DNA from: Bugula neritina
Taxonomy: Eukaryota; Animalia; Bryozoa
Length of the DNA stretch: 64,000 bases
Direction of reading: 5' to 3'
Assembly (NCBI GenBank): GCA_964035545.1
Contig: OZ037767.1
Span: 26,304,628-26,368,627, forward strand
Shown here in pieces: positions 1 to 13,100 of the stretch; positions within the stretch are counted from its first letter, which is position 1; each line of letters opens with the position of its first letter. Position numbers and translations under genes: made by a program. The notes beneath the pieces are model-generated. The model made no database searches and had not been told where the DNA came from. It saw only the letters and a program-made list of their open reading frames with translations.

Positions 1-114
1 CAAGCAGTGCAGAATAAACTTTTACTCTCCCTTTACACGCAATCCACATTGTTACAGTCACCACTAAAAAAAATTAATTAAATTGTTAATTCAATACCAT
101 AAGCAATCTTGTAG

Positions 115-798
115 AACATGTCTTCAAGCCCTCCACAAGAACGAGAAGACTTTGAGAAAGCTACCCGAGAAGGCCTCGCTTTCCTTCTGAAATATGAGGA
201 CCCCTTAACTGAGTTCTTCAACAGCCAATCAATGTACTTCATGCTGAAGGCTGATGGCACATGGGAGGAGACTACTGCTCCTTCACCTGCTACCAGGTAT
301 GTAAGAGTTGTTACTTTGTATACGTGTTGCCATGGGTACTCAACCTATAAGTAAATAATGCTTTATTAAAGTTTTACTTTACTAACAGTTATCTTGAAAA
401 AACATTACAAGTGCAAAAAAGTGGTGATGAGGTGTAATGCCCAATGTAGTAAGTGTACAACAATGGTTAGAAAATCTGAACATTATAAAATGTGATTTAG
501 TTACTTGATATATTAACAACATTTTAGAATTTATTGTCGCATTTTAATGTAAAATATAAAGTAGTACAAGTATATGATATCAAAATTCTTTTGTTGGCTT
601 TTAAAGTCTCCATGCCCATGAGAACTTTTGATAATGGGGTATTTAAGCAGACATGTTTCTATTATGGCGGAATGCTTTTTCTAACATCTAACCAATGGCC
701 TAGTTTTCTGAGATCCGAACCACTAGTTAGCATAATATACAATATCATACCTAATTTTGAATAATATTCATAGCGTTTTTTTCTGCAGGAAAAACTAG
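115..798 (+). CDS. NTAN1: 3' end (exons 9-10) of an NTAN1-like paralog ('copy 0'); the rest is upstream of the window or absent
   Basis: Exon 115-296 (ttgtag|AACATG...ACCAG|gtatgt) encodes NMSSSPPQEREDFEKATREGLAFLLKYEDPLTEFFNSQSMYFMLKADGTWEE, which matches the NTAN1 C-terminus (LSTSP.AEPP.F...LMFLKK...YKKNEDGLWE). Terminal exon 789-798 gives R-K-N-stop. Similarity to copy B starts only at ~56. Confidence 0.75.
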
Positions 799-1513
799 AT
801 GGGAAACGAATAAAATTTAGAAGGTGAACACTGGAGCACTTCTTTGAGCATTTCATCAACTTATAAAATTATGTTAAATGGATTGCATCCTATCATTCTT
901 TGCCTAGTATATTGCTTTTGCATTAAGCATATTACAACATTGTATTCTATGTTTTTTTTCTGATGAGTCTGAATGTAAAACTACTATACTTTTGCCATAA
1001 GTTGTTTACTATTTATCAAATATAATTTGACTTTGCAACATTTTATACAATATAAAGGTGAAAATGTATGTTCATCATTTTTATAATATAAATAAAAAAT
1101 ATATATTCATTTTATTATTATGGGAATTCAATATTAAGGAAAAGATTTCCATCTACCTAGCTTGTTGGTGAACATAAAAGGCTTATTGCAAATTATTTTT
1201 CTTAAACAGACTTTAATATATAAAAACAATTTCCTAGACACATTTAACATGCCAATCTATTTCATTATTACCTTCACGGTTATTGTAAAGTTTTTACTTA
1301 ATTTTTAATTTTAAAAGAGTTAACTCTGTAGCATTATACATAGTATCCCTCATGAGTCTGTAAGTGTGACACCTTCAAGTCAATAAGCAAAATAGTAGCT
1401 ATGAGTTTAAAATGGGTCAACGTTTAATCATAACTAAATTATAACAGGCAAACTAAGAGAAAGATAAATCCTAAACCTATGATTAAACCAGAACAAAAAG
1501 TCAATATTGTCAG

Positions 1514-3108
1514 CCCTCATTCTACCAACAGAAGGGGGTGGGGTCCAATTAGACCCCAGAGGGTACGTTTCATATGCCACACAATTATTACTGTTTTGTG
1601 ACAATAAAAAAGAATATGCCTTTAGGGCTCAATCGGACCCCAGTCTAAAATGTAAATTTATCATCACTTTTAATGCATCTGTCACACGGAATTTGTTATT
1701 TTTATGGTGAACTATCGCAAATAATAGAAGATTGGCAAATGCACTGCTGCTCAGGTCCTAAGAGCTATCCTATACGTAGATAATGGGTTTGGGGTTTAAG
1801 ACCTATCTGTTGCAGGAGAGGACTACTAGAACAGTCAGAATATAGTGACACTGAATCTGTAAACCCAGGAAATCGAGAACAAGTTGATGCTAACCAGCTT
1901 CCTCTATCCAGCAATGCATTTGGTATGGAAAGAGAAAGGCAGCAGGCTGAGGAAGAAAATGGTGGACTTGGTAGGGCTAATGGCCAAGGTAGTGGTCATA
2001 TGGCCTTGGCTGTGGTAAAGGTAAAGCATCCCAGCAGCCACCAGATATACCTGCAAGACAAGATGCCGTTCAAGATGTTTGTCAAACATGAAATATATAA
2101 CTGTGTGGCAAAAACACCCACCAAATGTTGGAAGACATCAACCCCAAGATATAATCAGACAGCAACCAGGCATCACTAATGCTGCCAACTGTAGTTTACT
2201 TATTGAAGAATTTGATTTCTCTATCACTTGATCATAACAAATTTTGTTGTTCTAGAAACCAATTAAGAAACCATGCAGGCGCTATATCACAGAATGAAAC
2301 AATGTCAATCCACCACAACCAAAAATGTGGAAAGCTGTTGATGCCACTGAAATGAAAGCTTTTATTGTGCTTTGTCTTCTAGTACATAGATCTAACCACG
2401 AGCCAGTCAGTTTACTGTGGTCAGAGAAAAAAGTAAGGCCCATTTTTACAGCAACTATGTCCTGGACCAGATTCACTGATATATCCTGAAATACCTCAGG
2501 TTTAATAATCAAGCAATTCGTGTTAAAAGAAAAGCAACTGACAACTTGGCTCCATTCCGTGACTTTTAAAATTTGTTTCAGGCACAACTTCCTAAGTTCT
2601 ACACACCTGGAACTGACCTTTTTATTGTAATCATGTTTGTTTGTGATGTGCCCTAATTGAAAATATTCTTTTCGATCATTCAACAACTATTGAATCAATT
2701 CACATATATTGTATTTGTGGTGCAAACATACCCCAGCCAAGAAACCTTGTAAATAACATAGGTTCTGTGTTCAGAATTGGTTATTTTTTGCTTGCACTTA
2801 GTTTCTAACATTTATACTCTGTACAATTCTATTGGAGTTGCTGTTAATTTAGGTACAAAAAATGAACAAAATATCTGAAACTGTGCTTATTTTATTCTAT
2901 TTATGGCTTATATAGTTAGAATGAAACAGCTGGTAATAATGAGCAATTTATATGGCATAGCTTTCTTTTTAATTACTACTAAAATAAGCACGAACTAAAA
3001 ATGTTGGTTGTTATTAATATTCATTAAAAAATTCACATATTGTAATTGGAGTCCAAATGAACTCCAGTTAGTAAAATTTGCATGTAAAATATGTCGGTAA
3101 GATCAGAG
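1514..3108 (+). mobile_element. Decayed, internally deleted piggyBac-family DNA transposon
   Basis: Frameshifted transposase remnant (WKAVDATEMKAFIVLCLLVHRSNHEPVSLLWS...RPIFTATMS.TRF, ~2320-2580). Termini CCCTCATTCTACC...GGTAAGATCAGAG|TTAA. The left TTAA is mutated here but intact in the duplicate. Confidence 0.8.
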
Positions 3109-3992
3109 TTAATTTTTAGTCATTATACATTACTAGTAGGACTCAATATGTAAAAATTGAAATTTGCAAGGATCAGTGTTGGATTAGCTGGTTACAAAAT
3201 TTTAAAATTGTTTTCATCGCTTAAAGTTAGCACATTTAATAGATTTCAAGCTTACATAAAAATTTGTAAATTATTTTTTGTTAATATAAACTAATAGTAA
3301 TTAATATTTTATACTTTACAAACTTGATTGCATTTAAATTTTCCCTCAGTTGAATGCTTAAAATGTGACTAGTGATGGCAATGCAAGTTACTATTAATAA
3401 AAAATGTGAGAATTATAAGCAGTATAGGCGTACTCTTGCGCAGCACTTTGCTGTAAGAAATTTGAACTATCTGTAAGCAATTTAACATGCTATTGTGTCT
3501 GCAAAATAGTAGTTTTAGCTGGTTAAAAAACAGCTCAGCAATGTCAGCTGTGTTATAAATAATCTAAATGCAATGTCGCTGTCTCTGTAAAAAGTTTAAA
3601 TATTATCCTCTGAAATGAATCAAATTTCAAGAAAACTGTCAAAACCATAAATTAGCCTTGTTGTTTTTAGAATTTTAGATTATCAGCTTACTGTTTTGTT
3701 CGGTTTTTAAATTATATGGGCTGTTCAATTCTACATTATAGCTACATCATGCAAGTAACATCTGTTAGTCAAGGTTATAGTTTTCCTTATAACATTATAT
3801 GTTACCTTTTGTCGGCATGCGCGCGTGTGTGCGTGCCTGTATGTGTGTGCATATGTGTGTTTGCATGTGTTTGCGCGTGTGTGTGTGTGTGTAAAGCTGA
3901 TCAAATTTTTTGATTTTATATTGCACTACATCATGTAGAAATAACAATATTTGCAAGATCAAAATTATTGTTTAAATTATCTATAGGCTATA

Positions 3993-5334
3993 GGGATAAG
4001 GGGGGGGCACAACGGGCCGAATTTTGCATTTTTTGCTCTCATTCGTCTGTTTTTCAAGTTACTAGTTCAATAATTTCTAGTCTTAATGCTGCATCTGTTG
4101 TCTATTACAGGTATCAGTTTGTTGTTTCTATCTCTCTCACAACTTTCAGAATAATGAAATTTTCATGACGAAAAAATCGGCCCGTTGTGCCCCGGTACCG
4201 GGGTACAATGGGCCACTGGGTGGGACACAACAAATATATTGAAACTTTGCAGATTTTGTTGCATCTGATCTTTATTTATTTAATATTACAAATAAATAGA
4301 CATATTCTTTCAGATCTAAAGCAAAATTCATGTTTTAGCTGTACAGGTTGTGCCACCACGGATTATAGCAGAGGAAGGCAAAATCAAACGCACATCACTC
4401 GGTTCTACGGTGCCATTATCATTACTATTTAGAACTAAAAATGTTTTTTATTTACACTTCAGAAAAATGTTTATCAGAAAAAAAAACTTTAGTAACCTGT
4501 GCTACAAAATTTTGAGTGAACTTTTTTCTATGAACTGTAGCTAAGGTGCATGGCTTTGGTTTGTGGCTGGAGTGCGGAAGGGAGAGGGTGAGCAAATGAG
4601 CAAATCACAATTTATTTTAGTCAAATACATGTATATTCCCTCAATGATATAATGTATAATGAGCATCATGACTATCTACTAGTAGCAACAGCAGAGTGTT
4701 TTGTATTATGTATAAAATAGCATAGCTTTAACCTCACCAGATGTATATATTAGGGGAGCTTCAACTTGCAGTAGTTTTGCAGTCTTTCCATGATGTCTTT
4801 GATATTTTACAAAAAGGTCAGAAATGGCTATATCTATAGATTTTAGTAACATTCCAACCAGCTTTTTGAGCGAACAAACTAATAACAGTGATCAGGGTAC
4901 AATAATCAGGTGGCCCATTGTGCCCCGGTCAGCTTGGCCCATTGTGCCCCGGATGGCTAAATTGAACATAAATGTGCCTCGAGGAAAATTTATTTTAGAG
5001 TTTGCTGTTATACTAGTTAAGCAATGTAGAGACAAGCAATGGCAACAATATCAGCAAAATCTAGGCTTTTTGCCTTTGAGTGTAAAAAGTTATAAAGCTT
5101 TAACGACATCGTAAAAGTTTTACAAAAAGTAGGTAAAAACAGTTTTTCACTCGCCTTTTCAACATGTATGTTCCGCAAGTGTTGAAACTACAGTGGCTGA
5201 ATCTTTATGTTTATACCTTTTTATGAAAAAAAATCACAACTCTAAGTCAATAAGTTCTCTCACAATTTGGCAGGCTTTTTGTACCCCTATGACCGTTGTG
5301 CCCCCCCCCCCCCCCCCCCCCCCCCCGTTGCCCC
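3993..5334. mobile_element. Non-autonomous TIR DNA transposon, TA-flanked (Tc1/mariner-pogo-like)
   Basis: Left end TA|GGGATAAGGGGGGGGCACAACGG and right end CCGTTGTG(C)nGTTGCCCC|TA are imperfect inverted repeats. Internal subterminal copies of CC(G/A)TTGTGCCCCGG at ~4180 and ~4912-4952. No transposase ORF. Confidence 0.7.
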
Positions 5335-6853
5335 TACTCAGTAGTATATTACGGCATTAAAATTTTAAATATATAAACAATATGGAACATACCGTGCTTT
5401 TGTTCATTCTCAATCATCTTCTCATCTACAGTTACAAGCTTCATTTCAAAGTATTACACGGTGACTGTAACTTGTAGTAACTTTAGTACTAGTATTCGTT
5501 AGCTAGGAGGTGCAGTTGATGCGAACACTGCACGCGAAGGTCAAAGTAATCTAAGAGGGTTAACTCTTTTAAAGGGCAAGTTTAGCCTTTGGTTCTAAAC
5601 TATTTTTCACCCCTTATCTTTTGAGCCTGCCTTCAGATTGACAGTTGTTTACCATTAATCATGTTCGTAATACAGCTGCTATTGGTTATGATTCTATAAA
5701 TAACACCATGGTATGCCTTTATCACTTCATTGCAGCAATGATTCACGCATTGCTCTTAGCGTTTCGAGATAGCTGCATCTATTAGAAAACAATGTAGAGT
5801 GCAGAGTTTGGACTGTAATAGAGCGCCCAATATTTATGCTTATAATTGCACAAACACTTTGCATTGTTCATTACCATAACAATGTCAATAAGGAAACTAA
5901 GTTGAGCAATTCAAAGATAATATAGACCTTGTTTCTCAACTGAGAAGAACTGTATGTAAATGCAGGCTTTTGTTCTATAATATATTATTTAGTGGCTTCA
6001 TCCATATACCATTTTAGAGCTTAGGCTGATCAGGAATCTTCCAGTTCACTTTTAATCTATGACTAGAAAATGCATTGATAAAGTAGAGTATACAAATCTA
6101 TATACATGTAGCCTATAAACATCAGTTCATCCAATGTACTTTGATTTTCAAATAATGAAGCATGTGCTGGGTTGACTTATTAACGTTCAGAAGTATTTGG
6201 CTATCAGAAAATCAACAATATTTCTTTACAATGTGCAGTTTCAAGCCTGCACTCTACATTGAATACAAATTAGTTGACTTGACTGCAAAATATTCAATAA
6301 AATTTTAACATATTTACTTTCAGTTTTCGTTATAAGGTGATTGGTCTCTCAGCCTAGCTATAGGACAAGTTTGCCAGTATGTTGCTATTTTTTATCATGG
6401 AAATTTATGCATTATGATGTCTCTGCAGTTTTATTTTATAGCTATTGCATCATTTTTATTTAATGAAAATCAAAGTAAAGTTATATCCTTCTAATTATAT
6501 TAGTTGCATTTGACAAACACATAACTCTGAACAACACAATTAAACGAAGTGCTAGCAGAAAGATGTAGTACAAATACTGAAACATGTAGAAACTAAACAG
6601 CTGTCACATGACAAAGTGTCGAGTATAATAATGTAGCAGTTTTTTGTAAAATGGAGTTGAGAATTCAAATGTCAAGTCAATATATGATTTGTCACACTAC
6701 AAGCCAACACTTAAACATTGTATGTCAGCTTTACATTAAATAAAAATACTTGACTCTAAGAAAACCCGGCAGTAGAAACTCCAATGTTTGGTATTATTGA
6801 AACAAATTAAAGTATCAGAATGGAGCCGATAGTAAGGGTTGGGGCTGGCAGAA

Positions 6854-7093
6854 TTATCTTCTGAATTTCCTCACTTTCTTAGCACTTGGTTCACCACTGT
6901 GGGAGTGCAAGTACTCTATGCACTTAGTCGATTTGCATTGCTGTGCCTGCAATTGTCAAGCTAGATATACTACAGCATGAACCCTAATCTGTAAAACCAA
7001 ATTATTAAAAAAATCTTCTATAAAAATTTCAAAATAACAGAAAAGGTCAAATAAAGTTTAAAAATTAAAAATTAAATTAAATAAATCAATATC

Positions 7094-7140
<47 letters not shown>

Positions 7141-10100
7141 TTGTTATTCTTTTGATGTGTTCATATATTATTTGCAAATGCTGTAGTTTATATCTTAAAC
7201 TACACAACAGTATACATTAATATTTGCATATTGTTTAATACACATTTTTATCAAATTTTACATTTTTTAGCCAAATAGTGCAGTACTTGTGTAGGAAAAT
7301 TTGCAACAACTTTGCTTTACCATTTCTAAAGGCGTCTTGGAGCTGTAGTCAGCAGCTGTCATGGAGGCACCAGCAGCAGCAAATGCTTTCAACAGATCCA
7401 CATCGTTACGGGCAGCAGCTCTAGAATGAAAATAGTTTTCACTGAACAAGAACAGAGTTCTGTTATCTGAAAACATCAGAGCAGCAATGGCTAGGAAATG
7501 GATAAAATTTTCAAATATTTAAAGCGGAGAATAAAACATAATTTTAGAGTATCTGGACTGTTGAATCAATCTGTAGCTGAGATTTACTAGTTTAATAACA
7601 CTGACTTGTTGAGCTCAACTCCGAGTTCCGTTGAATCCATAGTCAGGTGAGCTCCATGTCTGGACAACAACAGAACATTCTCCATCTTTTTGGATTGTAC
7701 AGCTTCAAGAAGTGGAGGCCTTCCCAATCTACAGCACCAGAATAACCATAAAATAGCTTCTTTAAATTTCTTTAAATTTTGGTATAACGAGATCTAGTTA
7801 TTGCAAAGGCAAAACAGAGAAATCGGACCGAATCTGGTTAGTATAGGAGGACAGGGGGATAAAACAAGGTGAAGGTTTAATCACTAAGAAAAGAAAAGGA
7901 AAACAAAAGAAAAAAATGAAGAGAAGGAATATTAGTAACAATAATTTATGTTTAGCTTACCGGTCTCTTGTCTGAACTGAAGCCCCTTTCTTTATGAGAT
8001 CTTGAATTATGTCCGTTTTACCTTCTATTACAGCAAAATGCAAAGCTGTTTTCCCCTCGCTGTTTTTAAGTCTTAAAACTCCAGGCTGAAATATAACATA
8101 ATTATACAGATAGATAATTGACAAGAAAAATAATAAATTGTAATTAAGCAAAGTACAACAACTTTATGGCAATTAATCAATTCTTTTATGTAAAAGGTAT
8201 TACAAAACGGTGATCAGGTTCATAGGAATTTTAATTTTTGCCAACAAGTCTATTTTTTTTATAAAATCAATAATGCTGCTCTTTTAATTTTTAGTGAAAA
8301 GCTTCTAAAATATGGAAACTTAGTGAGACAGTTAAACCATCACTTCAATTAGCATATATATCAAGATTTGTAATGAAGGATATATCATATATACCATCAC
8401 TTTTAAAACAAAATTTTCTTGCAAACTTATACCATATTGTACACAATCAAATGCACCACTGTCCACTGCATAGTTTACAACATAGTTAACTGAGTTTAAA
8501 GCTTTATCAAAACAAATTAAATTAAGAGTTGTCTGACTAATCCTCTGGCATGTGGCATGGCACTTATACTATAGACTGCAGGTAGGCAGCCATAGTAAAA
8601 TTTTTGTGCAAAAGTGCTAAGGTTTTAATTGATCATTATGTTGTGCGTCTGCATTAGTATTGTAAAAAGGTGTAATATTTGTATTACTGTTGTAAACAGA
8701 TTAAAATGCTTTAAAATGTGAAGAGTTCAAGTGCTATCAGCTTCTTTTGCTTTCATATTTTTTTGTCTCGAGCATTAGGCGTCAAAAGCGTAATCATCTA
8801 GTTTTGTTAAATTGTCTTTTCATTTTTTGGAATTCATTAACAACAGTACTAACAGCATAGTATAGCTCATATCTCATTTACTGTAAAATTGGGCCATTTT
8901 ACTTAATTTAGTACACACTGGATATCTTCAGTTTTTGGCTATTTTTCACAATTTAGCTGGTAATGAACATGGTCTTTTGGCCAAAACTAGTAAAACACCA
9001 ATAAATACACCTAAATAATCAAAGTTCTTTTTAATTTTGCTTTATTTCCTATGTTTTTTCCTAATTATTCAGCTAGTTTTGGTTATGGACCTTTACGGTT
9101 TTTTTCGTAACGGTCCCCACATATAGAATATTAAGTGCATATGACAATGACCTGTGCTTTAATGTTGGGGAATCCCCTCCCAGCCTTTTCTGTTATGCGT
9201 AGTTAAAACCAGCACAAAAAAATACCATGTATAGTGAATTTCAATTGATTTTGAGCAAACTTTAATGTTAGGTCATAAGTTGCTGGTGTGTATTAAATGA
9301 AGTAAACTGACTCGTTTGCCTATTCTTTTTATTGGACTTTTTTGTACAATACGTTGATCCATTAGCTCTCTCAAGTGGTTTAAAAGTCTTTACTATTACG
9401 AAAGTCCACAATAAACACAAATCCGCAACACCTATACCATCTTACCAATGCTGGTGCCTAGAGTAAAAAACAAAACTGATTGTATAACCAGTGCACTATT
9501 GAGAGTTGTGAGGATGGCAGTGAAGCAGCAGAGGTGTAATAACTATTGGGAAGACTCAACAGTACTATTTGGCAGCACGTCTGCTACATTACTTGGATAT
9601 CGATTGAACGCAGTTTCTAGAGATATCTGCATCTCCTATATACACATTATATAGTGTATAATATATTGATATTGTACCTCCTTTTTGCAGATGTCTTCAA
9701 TTGCACTTTTGTCTCTCTTTTTAATAGCCAATTGCAGTATGGGAAGGTAGACGGCCTCTTTCAAGTCAGCAGTGCTCTGAATTAGATAGCATTATCTCAT
9801 TCAATATTTTCACTTATATATTTAAATAACTTATGACTCTATAATGATTCTAGTTATTCCCATTTACTGCTTCAGCTAATTTCACATTTGCACATAATAT
9901 ATAGGAACACAATTTTTATGAAGTCAAAAACTGTTTTGCCATTTTGTTGCAAATATTTGCATATGTTGAAGTTGATCTCTCACCTGCGCTGCTCTGGCAA
10001 CAGAACAGTCAATTCCAACAGCTGACAATGTTTTGGTCACAGATTTGCTGCCAAGTGGTACAAATGTAAGTTCCCCTCTTAGGTCATATGGAATTAGCTT

Positions 10101-13100
10101 CAAAAAAATTATATACATTTGCAGTTTTTATTCTTGTAAAGCTTTTATAAGATTTCGCAACACAAAATACAGCTATGATTGTTATATAATTGTTAAGCCT
10201 ATAATTGGTGCATGTACATGTCTTTAAATGTAAATATTATGTGTATGTATTTAATATTATTTAGCAACAGCACATCTTTGTTGCAGCAAAGAAACTGAGC
10301 TCAAATTGATAGAAATTATTTGGCAGCTATGGTACTATAGTTGGACAACTAGCATATCATCATGCATATCTCATACCGATTTTATCAACTCTGGAGAATC
10401 TGGATATTTAGCAATGAGGTAAGAAAGCTTCATAAGAGATGCCTCTGTAGTCATATCTCCACCAGCAACGACCCCAATGCTCTCTAACACCTTCAACATA
10501 GCAAAATAAGCACATATATGTTTGCAAGTACTTAGGTATTTTACACATATACTATGAAGCAAGGAAAGTGATTTATGAAAAGGTCATGTATGTTGTATGA
10601 TTACTGTATAATTATTGTATATCATATATTTATTTATTTGTTCCTTTTAATTACTTCTTATTAATTAATTAATATCTAAGTAATTCTTAATTACTTCATC
10701 CTAATTACTTAATTACTTACATATAGTTTTTGTTCTAGTAAAATGTTTAATGGATAAAACCTTCAGCTATTGTTAAGAAGTTTTAAAGGTTGCATAGTAG
10801 GCATGTTTATCAGACAGAAATTTATTTCAAAATATGCACACCCTATTATTGACATTTGACTTCTACCTACCGCTCCAGCTGCATAGCTAAAGACCACGCC
10901 TCCTTTCAAGCACTGAGTGTTGTCTACCACAACAACACCACTAGTCACTGCATCCTCAATTGCGTCCAACAAGTCTTGATTGTTGCTTGGAAAGTTGCCT
11001 GCCCCATAGCACTGTAGGACAACTCCTATATAATTGCATAAAAGTATGATAACATAATCGCACTTTGCTCAATCTGCTTACTATGTCTTACAACTATAGT
11101 AGCATGAAATGTCGCACAATAAAAAGTAATTTCTCAGAAAGTGTGTGCAAACAATGTGCGAATTGTTTATGATATTTGAATCCATGCACAACTCAAAGCT
11201 TTGGGTTGTAAAATCGAGTGCAGCTACAAATTGAAAGTATAATTCTCATCTCACACAACAGTGGAATTAAAATATTTTCTCAGCTTTTACTAAACTTTGT
11301 ATTTGTGAGCCATAAGTTATTTTAATGAAAAGTAAAGAAATAGAAATTGTCAATCTTTGCATGGGAATAATAAAGCCTAGCATATCGAGCAGTCACTTTG
11401 TAGAAGCACATGTTTTTCATTCAAGTATAGGAAAAGGTAGAAAACTACATGCTTTAAGATTGCAAAGAAACTCCTGCCTTTTAAGTGAGTTTATATAGCT
11501 GTGGCCTAAAATATTTTGAGGCTATAACTGCTGTACGTCATTGACCCGACTGGACATAGGAACATGCTCGTAGTTAGAAAACAAACCTTTGACAGGAGAA
11601 GCGAGTGCGGCTGTTAGTAAGGCAAGAGACATGTCAGGGTAAAGTCGAACTACAGCGATGTTGGGAGAAAGATTTTTGTAGCCAACAAAAGCGTTACTAG
11701 ATGGCTCCAAGATAAGGTCTTCATCCACTAAGGTTACAAAGAAGCACATGCAATATTTTAGAGACAGTCAAAACTTTAATGTAGGAAGTCATTTAATTGT
11801 AGAACCTGTGTTAGATATAGTTTTGTTATTTCGAATATGAGACAGATTTTACAAATTCTGTTGCCACTTTATAAATATATATGTATGAGTATAAGTATAA
11901 TATTAAGAATTATCGCATCAAATATTGAATATGTTGTGATGTGTTACCTGAGATGTTGACCTCAACCTCTCCAAGAACTGGAAAATTAGGAGATGCGTAA
12001 GCTTCCAGAGTTTCAGCGGATATCTTAGTAGTTCTGTTTCCTCTCAGTAGTTGAGAATCAAAAAACAAACACACCTGAAAACACGAAAACATGCCTTTTT
12101 AAACAGTTGCCTACAAATCAAATGTACTGAGATTAGCATTAGTTTTTACCCTTGTTGGAATGTGCCAAAAGCAAGTTCTATAAAATATTGAGAAACAAAT
12201 GATTTGCTGCATTAATATAAAACGCAAGTTTTTTTGTAAAAGCTTGATAACAGGTTTTGTGGGTGTCAGTGTGATACCTCAGGGATGTCAGAGTATTGGC
12301 CTGCCATCAGCAACGAACCAGTCAGGTTATCTCTAGCATCAGTTCTGGTTTCATAGATTGGGATCTGAGATCCTGCAGAATATATTTGAGTTTTGGAATA
12401 ACATTTGTAAATAAATCATTACAATTAGTGTGTGACTACATGTGCGTGTGCGAGTGTGCAGGTGACCAAGAAAGTACAAAAGCATCCCCAAACAGCAACA
12501 ATTATTTGAAAAAAAAAAGATTATTTTGAAGCTACTTTTAAAGCAAAACATAAACTTGTACAAATAAACTCACCGGTTATAATGACAACCTTCTTTAAAT
12601 TTTCCAGCGAAAAAGACAATCCAGATGCACTGTAGGCCATAGTATCAGTTCCATGAAGAATGACAAAGGCATCATATGCACCATAGTTAGTCTACAGCAC
12701 ACAGCCTTATATTATTGCATAATTTTTTAGAATCATTTATATAATGCAAATTACACACCAGTAAATGATAGAAAAGTGAAGAAACTATTACGCTAAAGCA
12801 CCTGCATTTACTATAAATTATTTTCTTGTAAATTTTAATGTGTATGGTTATATTGGTTACATTACATGTTTTATGAACTTGTTATTGAGTGTATACATGT
12901 ATATATGTAAGGTAAATGCTGGAAAGCATAATTTTGCATAAAAGTTAGCCAAGAAATAAAATATTTCATACATTCAAAGTTTGAATGATATTTTCTGCTG
13001 AAGTGGTCTAAATTATTTAAGCGGTCAGTTGGAATAGCTGTGCTACAAGCCTCACATATATCAACATAATGCTACGCTTTACAGTATACAGCAGATATAG

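Larger units (their letters stand above)
56..3992 (+). repeat. Segmental duplication, near-identical to ~36860-40822
   Basis: Colinear by eye across NTAN1 exons 9-10, the 3' flank, the piggyBac remnant and the local repeat. The ORF track gives matching pairs (118/36922, 1507/38313, 1925/38602, 2282/39223). Confidence 0.95.

Noticed and set aside
1925-2686. ORFs 1925-2179 and 2282-2686 (and duplicates 38602-38985, 39223-39492) as host genes
   Set aside because: They lie inside the decayed piggyBac and are broken or antisense frames of transposase sequence.
6947-6988. Stronger-looking upstream acceptor (TTTTACAG) for the last ASPG exon
   Set aside because: It gives a stop after 10 codons and truncates the final ankyrin helix; the downstream acceptor at 6946 fits the repeat better.
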